A stretch of 39,590 bases of DNA from a virus (IMGVR_UViG_3300023252_000179:1-39590), one strand, 5' to 3'. Shown: positions 27,308 to 37,193, numbered from the stretch's first letter. A program made the numbers and translations. The notes: generated by a model not told the origin, from the sequence alone.

Positions 27308-27703
27308 ATGCTTGAAGAAGTGAGAGAGCGTTTAAAAGCGTTAGGAGTTACGATTTCAAATGAGCCGACTAGTACTGATGGTTTTTTATTAACTTTTGCA
27401 GTTAAAAAAACAACTGATCATATTAAAAACCAAACAAATTTAGATGTAATTCCTCAAGGGCTAGAACATGTCGCTATCGATATGGCTGTTGGGGAATTTT
27501 TGTTTGCTAAAAAATCGATGGGCTTACTAGATGTGAGCTCATTAGATTTTGACGTTGTAGCAAAACAAGTACAAGACGGCGATACTAATACGGTATTTGC
27601 AGTAAGCGAAAGTACAACGCCAGAAGCTCAGTTTAATGCCTTTATCAACTATCTTCTGCACTACGAAATCGATTTCGTAAAATATCGGGTGCTTACATGG
27701 TAA
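27308..27703 (+). CDS. Head-tail connector (adaptor)
   Basis: IKNQTNLDVIPQGL, QDGDT; position. Confidence 0.78.
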   Translation: MLEEVRERLKALGVTISNEPTSTDGFLLTFAVKKTTDHIKNQTNLDVIPQGLEHVAIDMAVGEFLFAKKSMGLLDVSSLDFDVVAKQVQDGDTNTVFAVSESTTPEAQFNAFINYLLHYEIDFVKYRVLTW

Positions 27704-28059
27704 GTGCGCGTAGAAAAGCTGTTGAGTCGTTGTATAAAGGTTTATGTACCGTAAAGGTATGGCAAGAGATTGAAGATCCAATTACTCATGTAACAAAACA
27801 TGATGAAGCGTCACTCTTTTCTGATACAAAGTGTAAGCTATCATACGAAAAACAAACGTCATCAACACCTACTGGCGGTCCGGCAGTAATTGCGCAGACT
27901 ATCAAGCTATTTATTGCTCCTGAGTTGGATATACCTGCAGGGTCAAAGATTATTGTGACTCAGCATGGTAAAACAACAGAATACTCAAGAAGTGGTGAGT
28001 CTGCTGTGTATAAGGACCACCAAGAAATAGTCTTAGAACTCTTTAGGGGGTATGCATAA
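27697..28059 (+). CDS. Head closure/stopper protein
   Basis: KLFIAPELDIPAGSKIIVT...HQEI; position. Confidence 0.75.
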   Translation: MVSARRKAVESLYKGLCTVKVWQEIEDPITHVTKHDEASLFSDTKCKLSYEKQTSSTPTGGPAVIAQTIKLFIAPELDIPAGSKIIVTQHGKTTEYSRSGESAVYKDHQEIVLELFRGYA

Positions 28060-28478
28060 TGGGTAGAGGTGGACGTGTTGATTTAAGACAGTTGAAGGCG
28101 TTTGAACGAAAACTAGCCAAGTTAGCAACTGCTGATTACGAAAAATTCTGTGAGGATTGTGCGAATGAATTAGCCGCTAGGTTGCTAGGTAAGGTGATTC
28201 GACGCACTCCAGTAGCGAAAGTAAATGGAGGAACTTTACAACGTGGATGGACAATTGGACAAGTAAAAAAGAGTGGTTCTGTCTACGAAATAGAGGTTAT
28301 TAATCCAGTAGATTATGCTCAGTACGTTGAGTTTGGGCATCGTACATCTAATAATCAAGGTTGGGTAAACGGTCGTTTTATGATGACTATATCAGCAGAT
28401 GAACTTGAACAACAGGCGCCAGCAATACTTGAAAGAAAACTCTTTACATTACTAAAGGGGGCTTTCGATGGAGATTAA
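28059..28478 (+). CDS. HK97 gp10-family neck protein
   Basis: RTPV..GTLQRGW, NPVDYAQYVEFGHR. Confidence 0.88.
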   Translation: MGRGGRVDLRQLKAFERKLAKLATADYEKFCEDCANELAARLLGKVIRRTPVAKVNGGTLQRGWTIGQVKKSGSVYEIEVINPVDYAQYVEFGHRTSNNQGWVNGRFMMTISADELEQQAPAILERKLFTLLKGAFDGD

Positions 28479-28890
28479 TGATATTCAAAATGCAATTTCT
28501 ATTAAACTTCATCAAGCGTTCGGAGAAGGTTATAAAAAATATATCGATGAAGTACCGCAGGGGTTTAAGACTCCTGCTTTTTTAATTCAATTTTTGAACT
28601 TAGAGCACATTAGACAAATAGGTGGACGATGGAAGGTAACAACACTGTTTAACGTGCAGTATTTCCCTAAAAACGGCATATCTGAGGCGTCAAACATGAC
28701 ATTGAAGGTACAACAAGCATTAAAAGAAATAACGCTGTTAAACGGCTCATTGATGCTAGGTACTGGTGCTAACAGTGAGTTAGTAGATGGCATCGGACAT
28801 AATTTCATTCGTTTCAATTTCTTCTTGCAAGATGTTGAAGAAAAAATATTTATGGGTTCACTTGAACAATATACGAAAACGAAAGGGTGA
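28468..28890 (+). CDS. Tail terminator protein
   Basis: QGFKTPAFLI, FNVQYFP; precedes the sheath. Confidence 0.78.
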   Translation: MEINDIQNAISIKLHQAFGEGYKKYIDEVPQGFKTPAFLIQFLNLEHIRQIGGRWKVTTLFNVQYFPKNGISEASNMTLKVQQALKEITLLNGSLMLGTGANSELVDGIGHNFIRFNFFLQDVEEKIFMGSLEQYTKTKG

Positions 28891-29114
28891 AAGTGTTGGC
28901 GAAAACAGAAGTACTTCAAGACAAAGCAAAAGCAACCACTGATGAAGTATCAAAAGCATTAGGAGCACCTGAATTTACAAAAACTCAAATAGTCAACAGC
29001 AACAAATACATTGCTCGTCGTGATGCATTAAATGCGTTGCTGAAAGATGACAAAACATACTCACTCACCGAAGTGGATGGGATTTTAAAGAGATTCGACA
29101 AAGGAGGTAAATAA
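28887..29114 (+). CDS. Small conserved tail-region protein
   Basis: FTKTQIV.S.KY..RRDALNALL...YSL.EV; precedes the sheath. Confidence 0.7.
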   Translation: MKVLAKTEVLQDKAKATTDEVSKALGAPEFTKTQIVNSNKYIARRDALNALLKDDKTYSLTEVDGILKRFDKGGK

Positions 29115-29115
29115 C

Positions 29116-30441
29116 GTGGCATTAGGTGGAGGTCCATTTTTAACTCAAAATAAAGTACTACCTGGTACGTATCAAAACTTTATTAGTGCGGCTCGTGCAT
29201 TCGTTAATCTATCAGACCGTGGCTACGCTGCATTACCAATCGCTTTAGATTGGGGACAAGATGATGGGGTGCTAACGGTGAACCTTGAAGATTTACAAAA
29301 GGATTCATTAAAGCTTTTTGGCTATGATTATACCCATCCAAAATTAAAGGGTATTCGAGACATTTTTAAAAATGCTATTACAGTATTTTTTGCAAAACTT
29401 AATTTAGGCGGTTCAGCCGCAGAAAATATTTATGCAAAAGCAAAGTATAAGGGCATTCGTGGTAATGATTTAAAAATTGTCATTCAAGCAAACGTAGATG
29501 AGCCTTCAAAATTTGATGTAAAAACGTATCTAGAAGCGATTCTAGTTGATGAACAAACAGTTACCACAGCTGCCGAACTAACAGCAAATGATTTTGTGTC
29601 ATTTAAAAGTGATGCAACTTTAGCTGTAACTGCTGGTACTCCTCTTTCTAGTGGTTCTAACGGAGCTACAGCATTAACTGCAGGCACGCCACATCAATTA
29701 GCTTTGGATGAATTAGAGGCATACGGCTTTAACACATTAGGTTGCTTATCCAATGAACAGACAATTAAAGATTTGTATGTGGAATACACAAAAAGGATTC
29801 GTGACCAAGTAGGTGGCAAGTTCCAACTAATTGGGCATAAATTAGGTGCTAAAGATCATGAGGGAATCATTGATACACCGAACGACGCTATTGGCGAAGG
29901 TGAAGAATTGTTTGGAGCAGTTTATTGGTTAACTGGCGCTGAGGCAGGCGTAGCAGTTAATAAATCCAATACAAACAAGAAATACGATGGTGAGCACACC
30001 CTTGATATGTCTGAAACTAAGACACAATCGCAATTAACCAACTTATTAAAAGGTGGGAAATTAGCATTCCATCGTGTTGGTGAGGAAATTCGTATTCTTG
30101 AAGATGTAAACACATTCACGTCTTTTACAGGAGACAAAAACGAAGATTTCTGTATGAACCAAGTAATTCGCGTGTTAGATCAAATTGCTATTGATACGGC
30201 TCAACTCTTTAACAATCGTTATCTCGGTAAAGTACCGAATGATAAAGATGGCCGAATTTCATTATGGAATGATATTGGTGCACATCGTATGGAAATGCAA
30301 CGTATTCGTGCGATCCAAAATTATAACAAGGATGACCTTACGGTAGATCAAGGGAATTCAAAAAAATCTGTTGTTGTGAATGAAGTTGTTATTCCAACAG
30401 TTGCAATGTCACAGCTTTATATCACTACTACGGTAGCTTAA
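29116..30441 (+). CDS. Contractile tail sheath (XkdK-like)
   Basis: MALGGGPFLTQNKVLPGTYQNF, NQVIRVLDQIA...YLGKVPN. Confidence 0.94.
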   Translation: MALGGGPFLTQNKVLPGTYQNFISAARAFVNLSDRGYAALPIALDWGQDDGVLTVNLEDLQKDSLKLFGYDYTHPKLKGIRDIFKNAITVFFAKLNLGGSAAENIYAKAKYKGIRGNDLKIVIQANVDEPSKFDVKTYLEAILVDEQTVTTAAELTANDFVSFKSDATLAVTAGTPLSSGSNGATALTAGTPHQLALDELEAYGFNTLGCLSNEQTIKDLYVEYTKRIRDQVGGKFQLIGHKLGAKDHEGIIDTPNDAIGEGEELFGAVYWLTGAEAGVAVNKSNTNKKYDGEHTLDMSETKTQSQLTNLLKGGKLAFHRVGEEIRILEDVNTFTSFTGDKNEDFCMNQVIRVLDQIAIDTAQLFNNRYLGKVPNDKDGRISLWNDIGAHRMEMQRIRAIQNYNKDDLTVDQGNSKKSVVVNEVVIPTVAMSQLYITTTVA

Positions 30442-30455
30442 AGGAGGGAATTTAC

Positions 30456-30971
30456 GTGGATAATAACAAAATATTAATTCCACTTAATTTACAGTATTTT
30501 GCGGAAGCTACTATGCATGCTCGTGATGCTATTCATGGCGCACAAGGTCGTGCGTATGTAACGATTGAAGAAAATCGTTATCTCTTTGCTCAATTAATTA
30601 ATTTAGAAGCACGTATGGATAAGACGAAAACACAAGTGCCTATTATGGGGCGTACTGGTAAAGGAAACAAGGCAACCGGTTGGGAAGGTACAGGTTCAGC
30701 AACTTTTTACTTCAATACATCCATTTTTCGTGAGCTATTAAAACGTTACAAAGATTCAGGGGAGGATATTTATTTTGATATTCAAGTAACAAATGAAGAT
30801 GGTAGTTCCACTGTAGGCACTCAAACAGTGATATTAATCGATTGTAATATGGATGGTGGCATAATTGCTATGTTAGATGCGGATGCCGACTATTTGGAAG
30901 ATTCATTCGACTTTACTTTTGAGGATTTCGAAATTCCGACTTCCTTTAGTATCGTGTCAGAAATGCTATAA
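30456..30971 (+). CDS. Tail tube protein (XkdM-like)
   Basis: GWEGTGSATF, YFDIQVTNED, DFTFEDF. Confidence 0.92.
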   Translation: MDNNKILIPLNLQYFAEATMHARDAIHGAQGRAYVTIEENRYLFAQLINLEARMDKTKTQVPIMGRTGKGNKATGWEGTGSATFYFNTSIFRELLKRYKDSGEDIYFDIQVTNEDGSSTVGTQTVILIDCNMDGGIIAMLDADADYLEDSFDFTFEDFEIPTSFSIVSEML

Positions 30972-31051
30972 AGTATATTTGTATTTTATACTTCACTTTT
31001 GAGAAATGATATAATGGAAATATTATACTTTGCAGAAAGTGGGGTAAGACT

Positions 31052-31855
31052 TTGAAATTTGCGGTAGGTAAAGTGGTCGGAAAGCTAAGCATTGTAGAAT
31101 TTCAAGGAAGAAATAAACATAGCAAAAAGCAATGGCTCTGCCGTTGTGAATGTGGAAATATGGTAATTAGGGAAGAAGGAAATTTAAGGAACACTAAAGT
31201 ACCGCATTGTGGTTGTTCTCCTGGATGGAAGGGCACAAATAAAAGATTTAAAGATTTAATAGGAGAACGATATGGTAGGCTTACAGTAAAGTATCATTTC
31301 GGTAAAAATAAACACAGTCATAATTTATGGTATTGCCAATGCGATTGTGGGAATTATTCAGTTGTTACGACAGCTGCTTTATCAAAAGGTGATACAAACA
31401 GTTGTGGTTGTTTAGCGAACGAACTGAAATCTAAAAGAACGATTACACACGGAATGACAAATACACGTTTATACAAGGCGTTTGCTAAAATGAAGGAACG
31501 CTGTAACAATCCTAATAGCAAAGACTATTTTCATTACGGTGGTCGTGGGATCAAGATATGCGAGATATGGTCTACTTTTGAAAAGTTTAAAAACTGGGCT
31601 TATAACAATGGTTATGAAGAACATCTAACCATTGACCGAATTGATGTCAATGGAGATTACGAGCCGTTGAATTGTCGTTGGGTTACTATGAAAGTACAAG
31701 GCAATAATAAACGGAACAATTTAAAAATAGTTTATCAAGGACAAGAAAAAACCTTAAAGCAGTGGTCAGAAGAGATGAATATAAATTACTCAACCCTATA
31801 CGGAAGAATAGTAAAAAGAGGTTGGGATATCGATAGAGCTATGGAGACTAGATAA
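31052..31855 (+). CDS. Free-standing HNH-type homing endonuclease
   Basis: Two W.C.C.CG...CGC repeats, YGGRGI.IC..W, TIDRIDVNGDYEP.NCRW...Q.NN. Confidence 0.85.
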   Translation: MKFAVGKVVGKLSIVEFQGRNKHSKKQWLCRCECGNMVIREEGNLRNTKVPHCGCSPGWKGTNKRFKDLIGERYGRLTVKYHFGKNKHSHNLWYCQCDCGNYSVVTTAALSKGDTNSCGCLANELKSKRTITHGMTNTRLYKAFAKMKERCNNPNSKDYFHYGGRGIKICEIWSTFEKFKNWAYNNGYEEHLTIDRIDVNGDYEPLNCRWVTMKVQGNNKRNNLKIVYQGQEKTLKQWSEEMNINYSTLYGRIVKRGWDIDRAMETR

Positions 31856-31870
31856 ATCTAGTCTCTTTTT
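31844..31870 (+). terminator. Intrinsic terminator inside the tail operon
   Basis: GAGACTAGA-TAAA-TCTAGTCTC-TTTTT. Confidence 0.8.
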
Positions 31871-31904
31871 ATTTACAAAAAAACAAAAAGGATAAGGTGA
31901 CTAT

Positions 31905-32327
31905 ATGAATTTAACAGCATTTTTAGCGCAAAACGCATTGAAAGCAGAAAATGAGAAAGTTGTTGTATCAAAACGCTTTGTTCAAGATGGTAAACCTATT
32001 AAATGGGAAGTTGCTGCTATTACATCTGATGAAGATGATCAATTACGTAAAGCCAATACAAAACGCATGCCAGTACCAGGTAAAAAAGGCGTTATGGTAC
32101 CTGAGACAAACTATACGGCATATTTAGCTGCACTTGCAGTGAAATGTACTGTATTCCCGAACCTCCATGATAAAGAGTTACAAAATTCATATGGGGTAAT
32201 GGGAGCAGAGGAATTATTGAAAAAGATGCTGTTACCAGGTGAATACGATGGGTACCTTGCAAAAATTCAAGAAATCAATGGTTTTGATGTTGGCATGGAT
32301 GAAGCAGTAGAAGAAGCAAAAAACTAA
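31905..32327 (+). CDS. Tail assembly chaperone (XkdN-like, gpG analogue)
   Basis: VFPNLHDKELQNSYGV..AEELLKKMLLPGEY, ends EEAKN. Confidence 0.9.
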   Translation: MNLTAFLAQNALKAENEKVVVSKRFVQDGKPIKWEVAAITSDEDDQLRKANTKRMPVPGKKGVMVPETNYTAYLAALAVKCTVFPNLHDKELQNSYGVMGAEELLKKMLLPGEYDGYLAKIQEINGFDVGMDEAVEEAKN

Positions 32328-32527
32328 TAGAGGACGGCGACTATGAAGCAAATGTTGCTTATTACTGCTTACATAAGCTCCATAAGTGGCCGTCAGAATT
32401 TGATTCATTGCCTAAATACGAAAAAGCATTCGTTGTAGCTGCTGTTCAAATAAAACTAGCTGCTGATGAAAAGGCTGAAAAAGAGGCTAAACGAAGTGGT
32501 AAAGGTAAGGGCAAGAGAAAACGATAA
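32318..32527 (+). CDS. -1 frameshift extension of the tail chaperone (gpGT analogue)
   Basis: Slippery A AAA AAC at 32318-32324; -1 frame open to TAA 32527 (LIEDGDYEANVAYYCLHKLHKWPSEF...); no own start. Confidence 0.85.
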   Translation, partial: KKLIEDGDYEANVAYYCLHKLHKWPSEFDSLPKYEKAFVVAAVQIKLAADEKAEKEAKRSGKGKGKRKR

Positions 32528-32600
32528 TTACCCACTAAGCTAAATTTATATAGTGAAATCTCTCTATATTTTGTATATTTGTGTATGAGGAGGGATATTA

Positions 32601-33302
32601 GTGAAATTTTTCTTGCGTCTTGCATCACTAATTTTATGGTTTTGGGCATTTGGTTTTTTGATAGGTGGAGTTTCTGTTACCATTCAAACTAATTACCACA
32701 TAGTAGCGATATTATTTTTTCTAATAATTATTAGTATATTTATATACTTAGGAATTTACTTATGGAAAAAGTCTATGAAGTATAATAAATCTGTCGATCA
32801 AGGAGAAACAGCAGCTGAGAGATTTGAAAGGGAAAGTGAAATTCCAGGTTCAAAGGCCCGTCAACAAAAATTAAATGCAGATATTTGTATACAAGTAAAG
32901 CATATGGCGGGTCTCCCTATAGCAGAGGGAGCAGAAATTTTTGTATACAGATGTGAAAATAAAGTTATATTTGAAAGAAACCAAGATACTATTGAATTGG
33001 ATATTTTGAAAGTTAGAGATATTTTAATTAAAACTGATGTCGAAATTCAGAAAAGTTATGTAAGTAGTACTGGTGGGGCTGTAGGTGGTTATGTACTATT
33101 CGGGGCATTAGGAGCCATGATTGGTGGACGAGCAAAAGAAAAGACGAGTACTATTATTGAAAAATACTTAATCTTTGCATATGAAAAAGGAAATGAATTA
33201 GATTATATCTCCATGGAAGTTACTAATGAACCAAATGCACTTTTATTTAACACAAACTACTATGAATTATCGAAAAATGAAAGAAGAATGACAAGTCTTT
33301 AA
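32601..33302 (+). CDS. Two-TM membrane protein (moron), possible superinfection exclusion
   Basis: Two N-terminal TMs, GAVGG..LFGALGAMIGG motif, AT-rich, own terminator 33301-33326. Confidence 0.7.
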   Translation: MKFFLRLASLILWFWAFGFLIGGVSVTIQTNYHIVAILFFLIIISIFIYLGIYLWKKSMKYNKSVDQGETAAERFERESEIPGSKARQQKLNADICIQVKHMAGLPIAEGAEIFVYRCENKVIFERNQDTIELDILKVRDILIKTDVEIQKSYVSSTGGAVGGYVLFGALGAMIGGRAKEKTSTIIEKYLIFAYEKGNELDYISMEVTNEPNALLFNTNYYELSKNERRMTSL

Positions 33303-33351
33303 GAGCGCCTATGTGGTGCTCTTTTTCTTTGCTTCGAGAGGAAGTGATAAT

Positions 33352-35565
33352 ATCGCAACAATTCGTACTGCTATCCAAATTCAAGATCGTATGAGTCAAC
33401 CCATGAGAGCGATGCATAACGCAGTATCAATGATGGTAAATCAGATGGAAGCAATGCATGTGGCGTCAGGACAAATGATGGATACTTCTAGTGTTGAATT
33501 AGCGCGGAGGGAATTAGCATCAGCAGCGCAAGCAATAAGTTCGATGGAGCAGGAAGTAAATAATGCTTCAGGGGCCCAACAAAGATTTACAAACAATATT
33601 AGGGACGGTACAAGTGCAGCAGACGGGTTGCTAAATAAAATCATAGGGATTGTTGGAGCTTATCTTAGTATTCGAACGGCAGGAAGTATTTTATCCATGG
33701 CTGATGATATAACAAATACAACTGCTCGTTTAGACATTATGAACGATGGTTTACAAACTACTGCTCAACTAAATGATAAAATTTTAGCCTCAGCCAATCG
33801 TACTTATTCATCATTTGATGATACTGCTGATATGATTGCAAAGTTGGGTATTTTAGCTAGTGAAGCATTCTCTTCGAATGATGAGATTATTGCTTTTGCA
33901 GAGCAATTAAATAAACACTTTACTATTTCCGGTACAGAATTACAGGGTGTTCAAGCAGTAATGCTTCAATTAACACAAGCTATGGCAAGTGGTGTATTAC
34001 GTGGTGAAGAATTAAATAGTGTGTTAGATAACGCACCAACAGTTGTAAGAAACATTGAAAAATATTTAGGTGTTACAAGAGCAGAGTTCCGCAAAATGGC
34101 TTCTGATGGACAAATAACTGCAGACATTTTAAAACGAGCCCTTTTTGCTGCAGCAGATGAAACAAATGCACGTTTCGAAAGTATGCCTAACACATTCCGA
34201 GATGTATGGACAGAAGCAATGAATAATATAAGTGCTCAATTCGGTGATTTTTTCAGTCGTTTAACATCGGTTTCTGATTCGAAAAATTTTCAAAAAGCAA
34301 TAGATGATATTGTATTTAGTATTGGTAGTCTCTCAAGCGTTGCGACACAAGCATTAGATTTGTTAATAACAGGCGGTAGCTTTGTTTATGATAATTGGTC
34401 AACAATAGGGCCTGTAATTGGAGCCTTAACAACAGTACTAACAGGATATGTAACAGCGTTGGTTGCTGTTAAGCTTGCAAAAATGGCAACAGTTATATGG
34501 ACTGCACTTTCAACTACAGCAACTTTAATATACGCTGCGGCAATAGGTGCTGGTACTGGTGCTACATGGTCAATGGTAGCAGCTGCTTGGGGGCTTAATG
34601 CTGCATTAGCTGCAAATCCAATTTTCATTATTATTATGGCTATTGCTTTACTTATAGGAATAATTTATTTGGCTGTAGCTGCTATCAATTATTTTACGGG
34701 GTCATCTATTAGCGCAACAGGAATCATTGCTGGTGCTTTTATGGTTTTAGGTACCTACATCTATAATGTGATTGCTTATTTGTGGAATATTTTTGCGGCA
34801 ATTGCAGAGTTTTTCGTCAATGTGTGGAGCCATCCGATGTATTCAGTGAAAAAATTATTCTACAATCTCGCTAGCAATGTATTAGATCGCACAATTGCTA
34901 TGTCTAGTGGGTGGGATAATTTTGCAACAGGCTTTGCGAATGCCATGATTGATGCCGTTAATATTGCAATCAAGGCGTGGAATTGGTTGATAGATTTATT
35001 ACCTACAGATATTGCAGCTAAGATTGGATTGGCAAAAGGAACCGAATTTTCACACCGAACATCAATAACAAGCGATTTAAAGAATATAAAAGGTGCATTA
35101 GGTGATTGGGTCGGTGAAACACCTGCTGACTATTGGGAAGCGCCTAAAATGGAAATGAAGTCATTGGGTGCTGCTTGGGATACAGGATACAATTGGGGGG
35201 CTAATTTATTCAACCGTGATAGTAATGAGAAGGATGATGCGGGAAAGGCCATTGAAGAGGCAATGAAAAATGCTCTAGGTGACAAATTAGATAAAGCGAA
35301 TCAAAACGGAGATAAAACAGCGAAGAACACAGCAAAAGCTGCTAAGTCGCTAGAAGGTGCAGGCGAGGACTTAAAGTATATGCGCGATTTAGCAGAGCGA
35401 GAGGCGATTAATCGTTACACAACTGCAGAGATTAATGTAGATATGAAAAATGAAAATCACATTAATAGTGAAATGGACATTGATGGTGTTATTGATAAAT
35501 TCGGTGAAAAAGTAGAAGAAACAATTGCAATGTTAGCGGAAGGAGGTCCGACAGAAAATGTATAA
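33352..35565 (+). CDS. Tape measure protein
   Basis: QLTQAMASGVLRGEELNSV tape-measure motif and hydrophobic middle; start probably ATC 33352. Confidence 0.9.
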   Translation: MATIRTAIQIQDRMSQPMRAMHNAVSMMVNQMEAMHVASGQMMDTSSVELARRELASAAQAISSMEQEVNNASGAQQRFTNNIRDGTSAADGLLNKIIGIVGAYLSIRTAGSILSMADDITNTTARLDIMNDGLQTTAQLNDKILASANRTYSSFDDTADMIAKLGILASEAFSSNDEIIAFAEQLNKHFTISGTELQGVQAVMLQLTQAMASGVLRGEELNSVLDNAPTVVRNIEKYLGVTRAEFRKMASDGQITADILKRALFAAADETNARFESMPNTFRDVWTEAMNNISAQFGDFFSRLTSVSDSKNFQKAIDDIVFSIGSLSSVATQALDLLITGGSFVYDNWSTIGPVIGALTTVLTGYVTALVAVKLAKMATVIWTALSTTATLIYAAAIGAGTGATWSMVAAAWGLNAALAANPIFIIIMAIALLIGIIYLAVAAINYFTGSSISATGIIAGAFMVLGTYIYNVIAYLWNIFAAIAEFFVNVWSHPMYSVKKLFYNLASNVLDRTIAMSSGWDNFATGFANAMIDAVNIAIKAWNWLIDLLPTDIAAKIGLAKGTEFSHRTSITSDLKNIKGALGDWVGETPADYWEAPKMEMKSLGAAWDTGYNWGANLFNRDSNEKDDAGKAIEEAMKNALGDKLDKANQNGDKTAKNTAKAAKSLEGAGEDLKYMRDLAEREAINRYTTAEINVDMKNENHINSEMDIDGVIDKFGEKVEETIAMLAEGGPTENV

Positions 35566-36238
35566 CTTTTTTCTAGATGGAGTTCAGTTTCCTGTCGCTC
35601 CTTCTGAAATGACCACGAAAATTAACGGTCGTAATGAAACGATAGTGCTGATGAATGACGGTGAAGTAAATATCATAAAGAAAACAGGTTTAACGGATAT
35701 TGAGTTTGAGGTATTGCTCCCAAACGTCAAATATCCGTTTTCTGTTTATCCAAATGGTTTTCAACCAGCTACTTATTATCTCGATAAACTAGAAAAATTA
35801 AAGGTATCTGATAAACCTTTTCAATTCATTGTCAACCGTATGATGCCGAATGGGAACCTACTCTTCGACACGAACATGACTGTCTCAATTGAGGATTACG
35901 AAATTAATGAATCCGCTGAAAACGGTTTTGATGTCATGGTAAATATTCGTTTGAAGCAATATAGGGCATATGGGAATAAACGGCTTGTCACTAAGCCTGC
36001 TACTACATCAGGTAGCGCTTCAAATACACCAACTGCTCAAAAGGCTGTTGTTGAACAAAAACGCCCTACAACGGGCAAGGAAACACCTAAAACACATACT
36101 GTCGTCAAAGGTGATACATTGTGGGCAATTGCTAAAAAGTATTTAGGTGATGGTTCTAAGTCAACCGAACTTGCAAAGCTCAATAACATTAGCAATCCAA
36201 ATGAAATTAAAGTTGGGCAGGTGATAAAACTTGGCTAA
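35558..36238 (+). CDS. LysM-domain tail tube initiator (XkdP-like)
   Basis: C-terminal LysM HTVVKGDTLWAIAKKY...NPNEIKVGQ. Confidence 0.9.
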   Translation: MYNFFLDGVQFPVAPSEMTTKINGRNETIVLMNDGEVNIIKKTGLTDIEFEVLLPNVKYPFSVYPNGFQPATYYLDKLEKLKVSDKPFQFIVNRMMPNGNLLFDTNMTVSIEDYEINESAENGFDVMVNIRLKQYRAYGNKRLVTKPATTSGSASNTPTAQKAVVEQKRPTTGKETPKTHTVVKGDTLWAIAKKYLGDGSKSTELAKLNNISNPNEIKVGQVIKLG

Positions 36239-37193
36239 ATCACAGCTGTATATTATGAGCAAAGGGCGTATTTTTGAATGTGCGGTAGAGGAAGGTGTCG
36301 AGTGGGAAACGCATCGTAAAGGCTCACCAGGCAAACTAACATTTAATATCATTAAAGATGAAGTGCTAGGCTTCCATGAAGGTGATGCTGTTCGTTTTGA
36401 TTATGATGGCCACAAGATATTTTTCGGCTTTGTATTTACGAAAAAACGGAATAACAACCGTCTTATCAGCGTCACTTGCTATGACCAACTGCGTTATTTT
36501 AAAAATAAGGACACATACGTATACGCCAATAAAACGGCTGCTCAAGTACTTCAAATGATTGCAGAAGACTTCAAGTTAAAGACAGGCATCATCGCTAATA
36601 CGAAACACGTCATTACATCAAGAGTAGAAGATAACCAAGAGCTATTTACTATCATGGATAATGCACTATCTGAAACGACTCTTAACACAGGTGATTTATA
36701 TGTACTGTATGACGATTATGGCGCGTTAAACCTACGGAATATTAAGATGCTTAAATCTGATTTACTCATTGACGAGGAATCAGGAGAATCCTTTGAATAC
36801 ACAACTTCAATTGACGAGAACACGTACAACAAAATCAAGTTAGTACGAGAAAATAAAAAAACAGGCAAACGGGAAATATACATTGCGCAAGATAGCTCCA
36901 AAATGAACGAATGGGGCATATTGCAAATGACAGATAAACTTGATGAAAACGAAAACGGTAAAGCAAAAGCTGATGGTATGTTGGCTCTCTACAATCGCAA
37001 ATCAAGGAAGTTACACATTAATAAAGTGTTTGGTGATCCATCGGTGCGCGGCGGTACTACGTTAGGGGTGCAAATGTATTTAGGTGATTTAACGGTTGCT
37101 AATTTCATGTTGGTCGAAACGGTAAAACACACCTTCAAAGAATCAGACCATCGTATGGACTTAAAGCTGATTGGCGGTGATTTTGTTGCGTAG
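36231..37193 (+). CDS. Baseplate hub (XkdQ-like)
   Basis: CYDQLRYFKNKDT, TYNKIKL, WGILQ. Confidence 0.88.
   Translation: MAKSQLYIMSKGRIFECAVEEGVEWETHRKGSPGKLTFNIIKDEVLGFHEGDAVRFDYDGHKIFFGFVFTKKRNNNRLISVTCYDQLRYFKNKDTYVYANKTAAQVLQMIAEDFKLKTGIIANTKHVITSRVEDNQELFTIMDNALSETTLNTGDLYVLYDDYGALNLRNIKMLKSDLLIDEESGESFEYTTSIDENTYNKIKLVRENKKTGKREIYIAQDSSKMNEWGILQMTDKLDENENGKAKADGMLALYNRKSRKLHINKVFGDPSVRGGTTLGVQMYLGDLTVANFMLVETVKHTFKESDHRMDLKLIGGDFVA

Noticed and set aside
30972-31904. Group I intron around the HNH gene
   Set aside because: Flanking genes are complete and the 50-80 nt flanks are too short for a ribozyme core
936-36919. Numerous 60-130 aa shadow ORFs antisense to or nested in long genes
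   Set aside because: No RBS or recognisable motifs; they overlap well-supported phage genes
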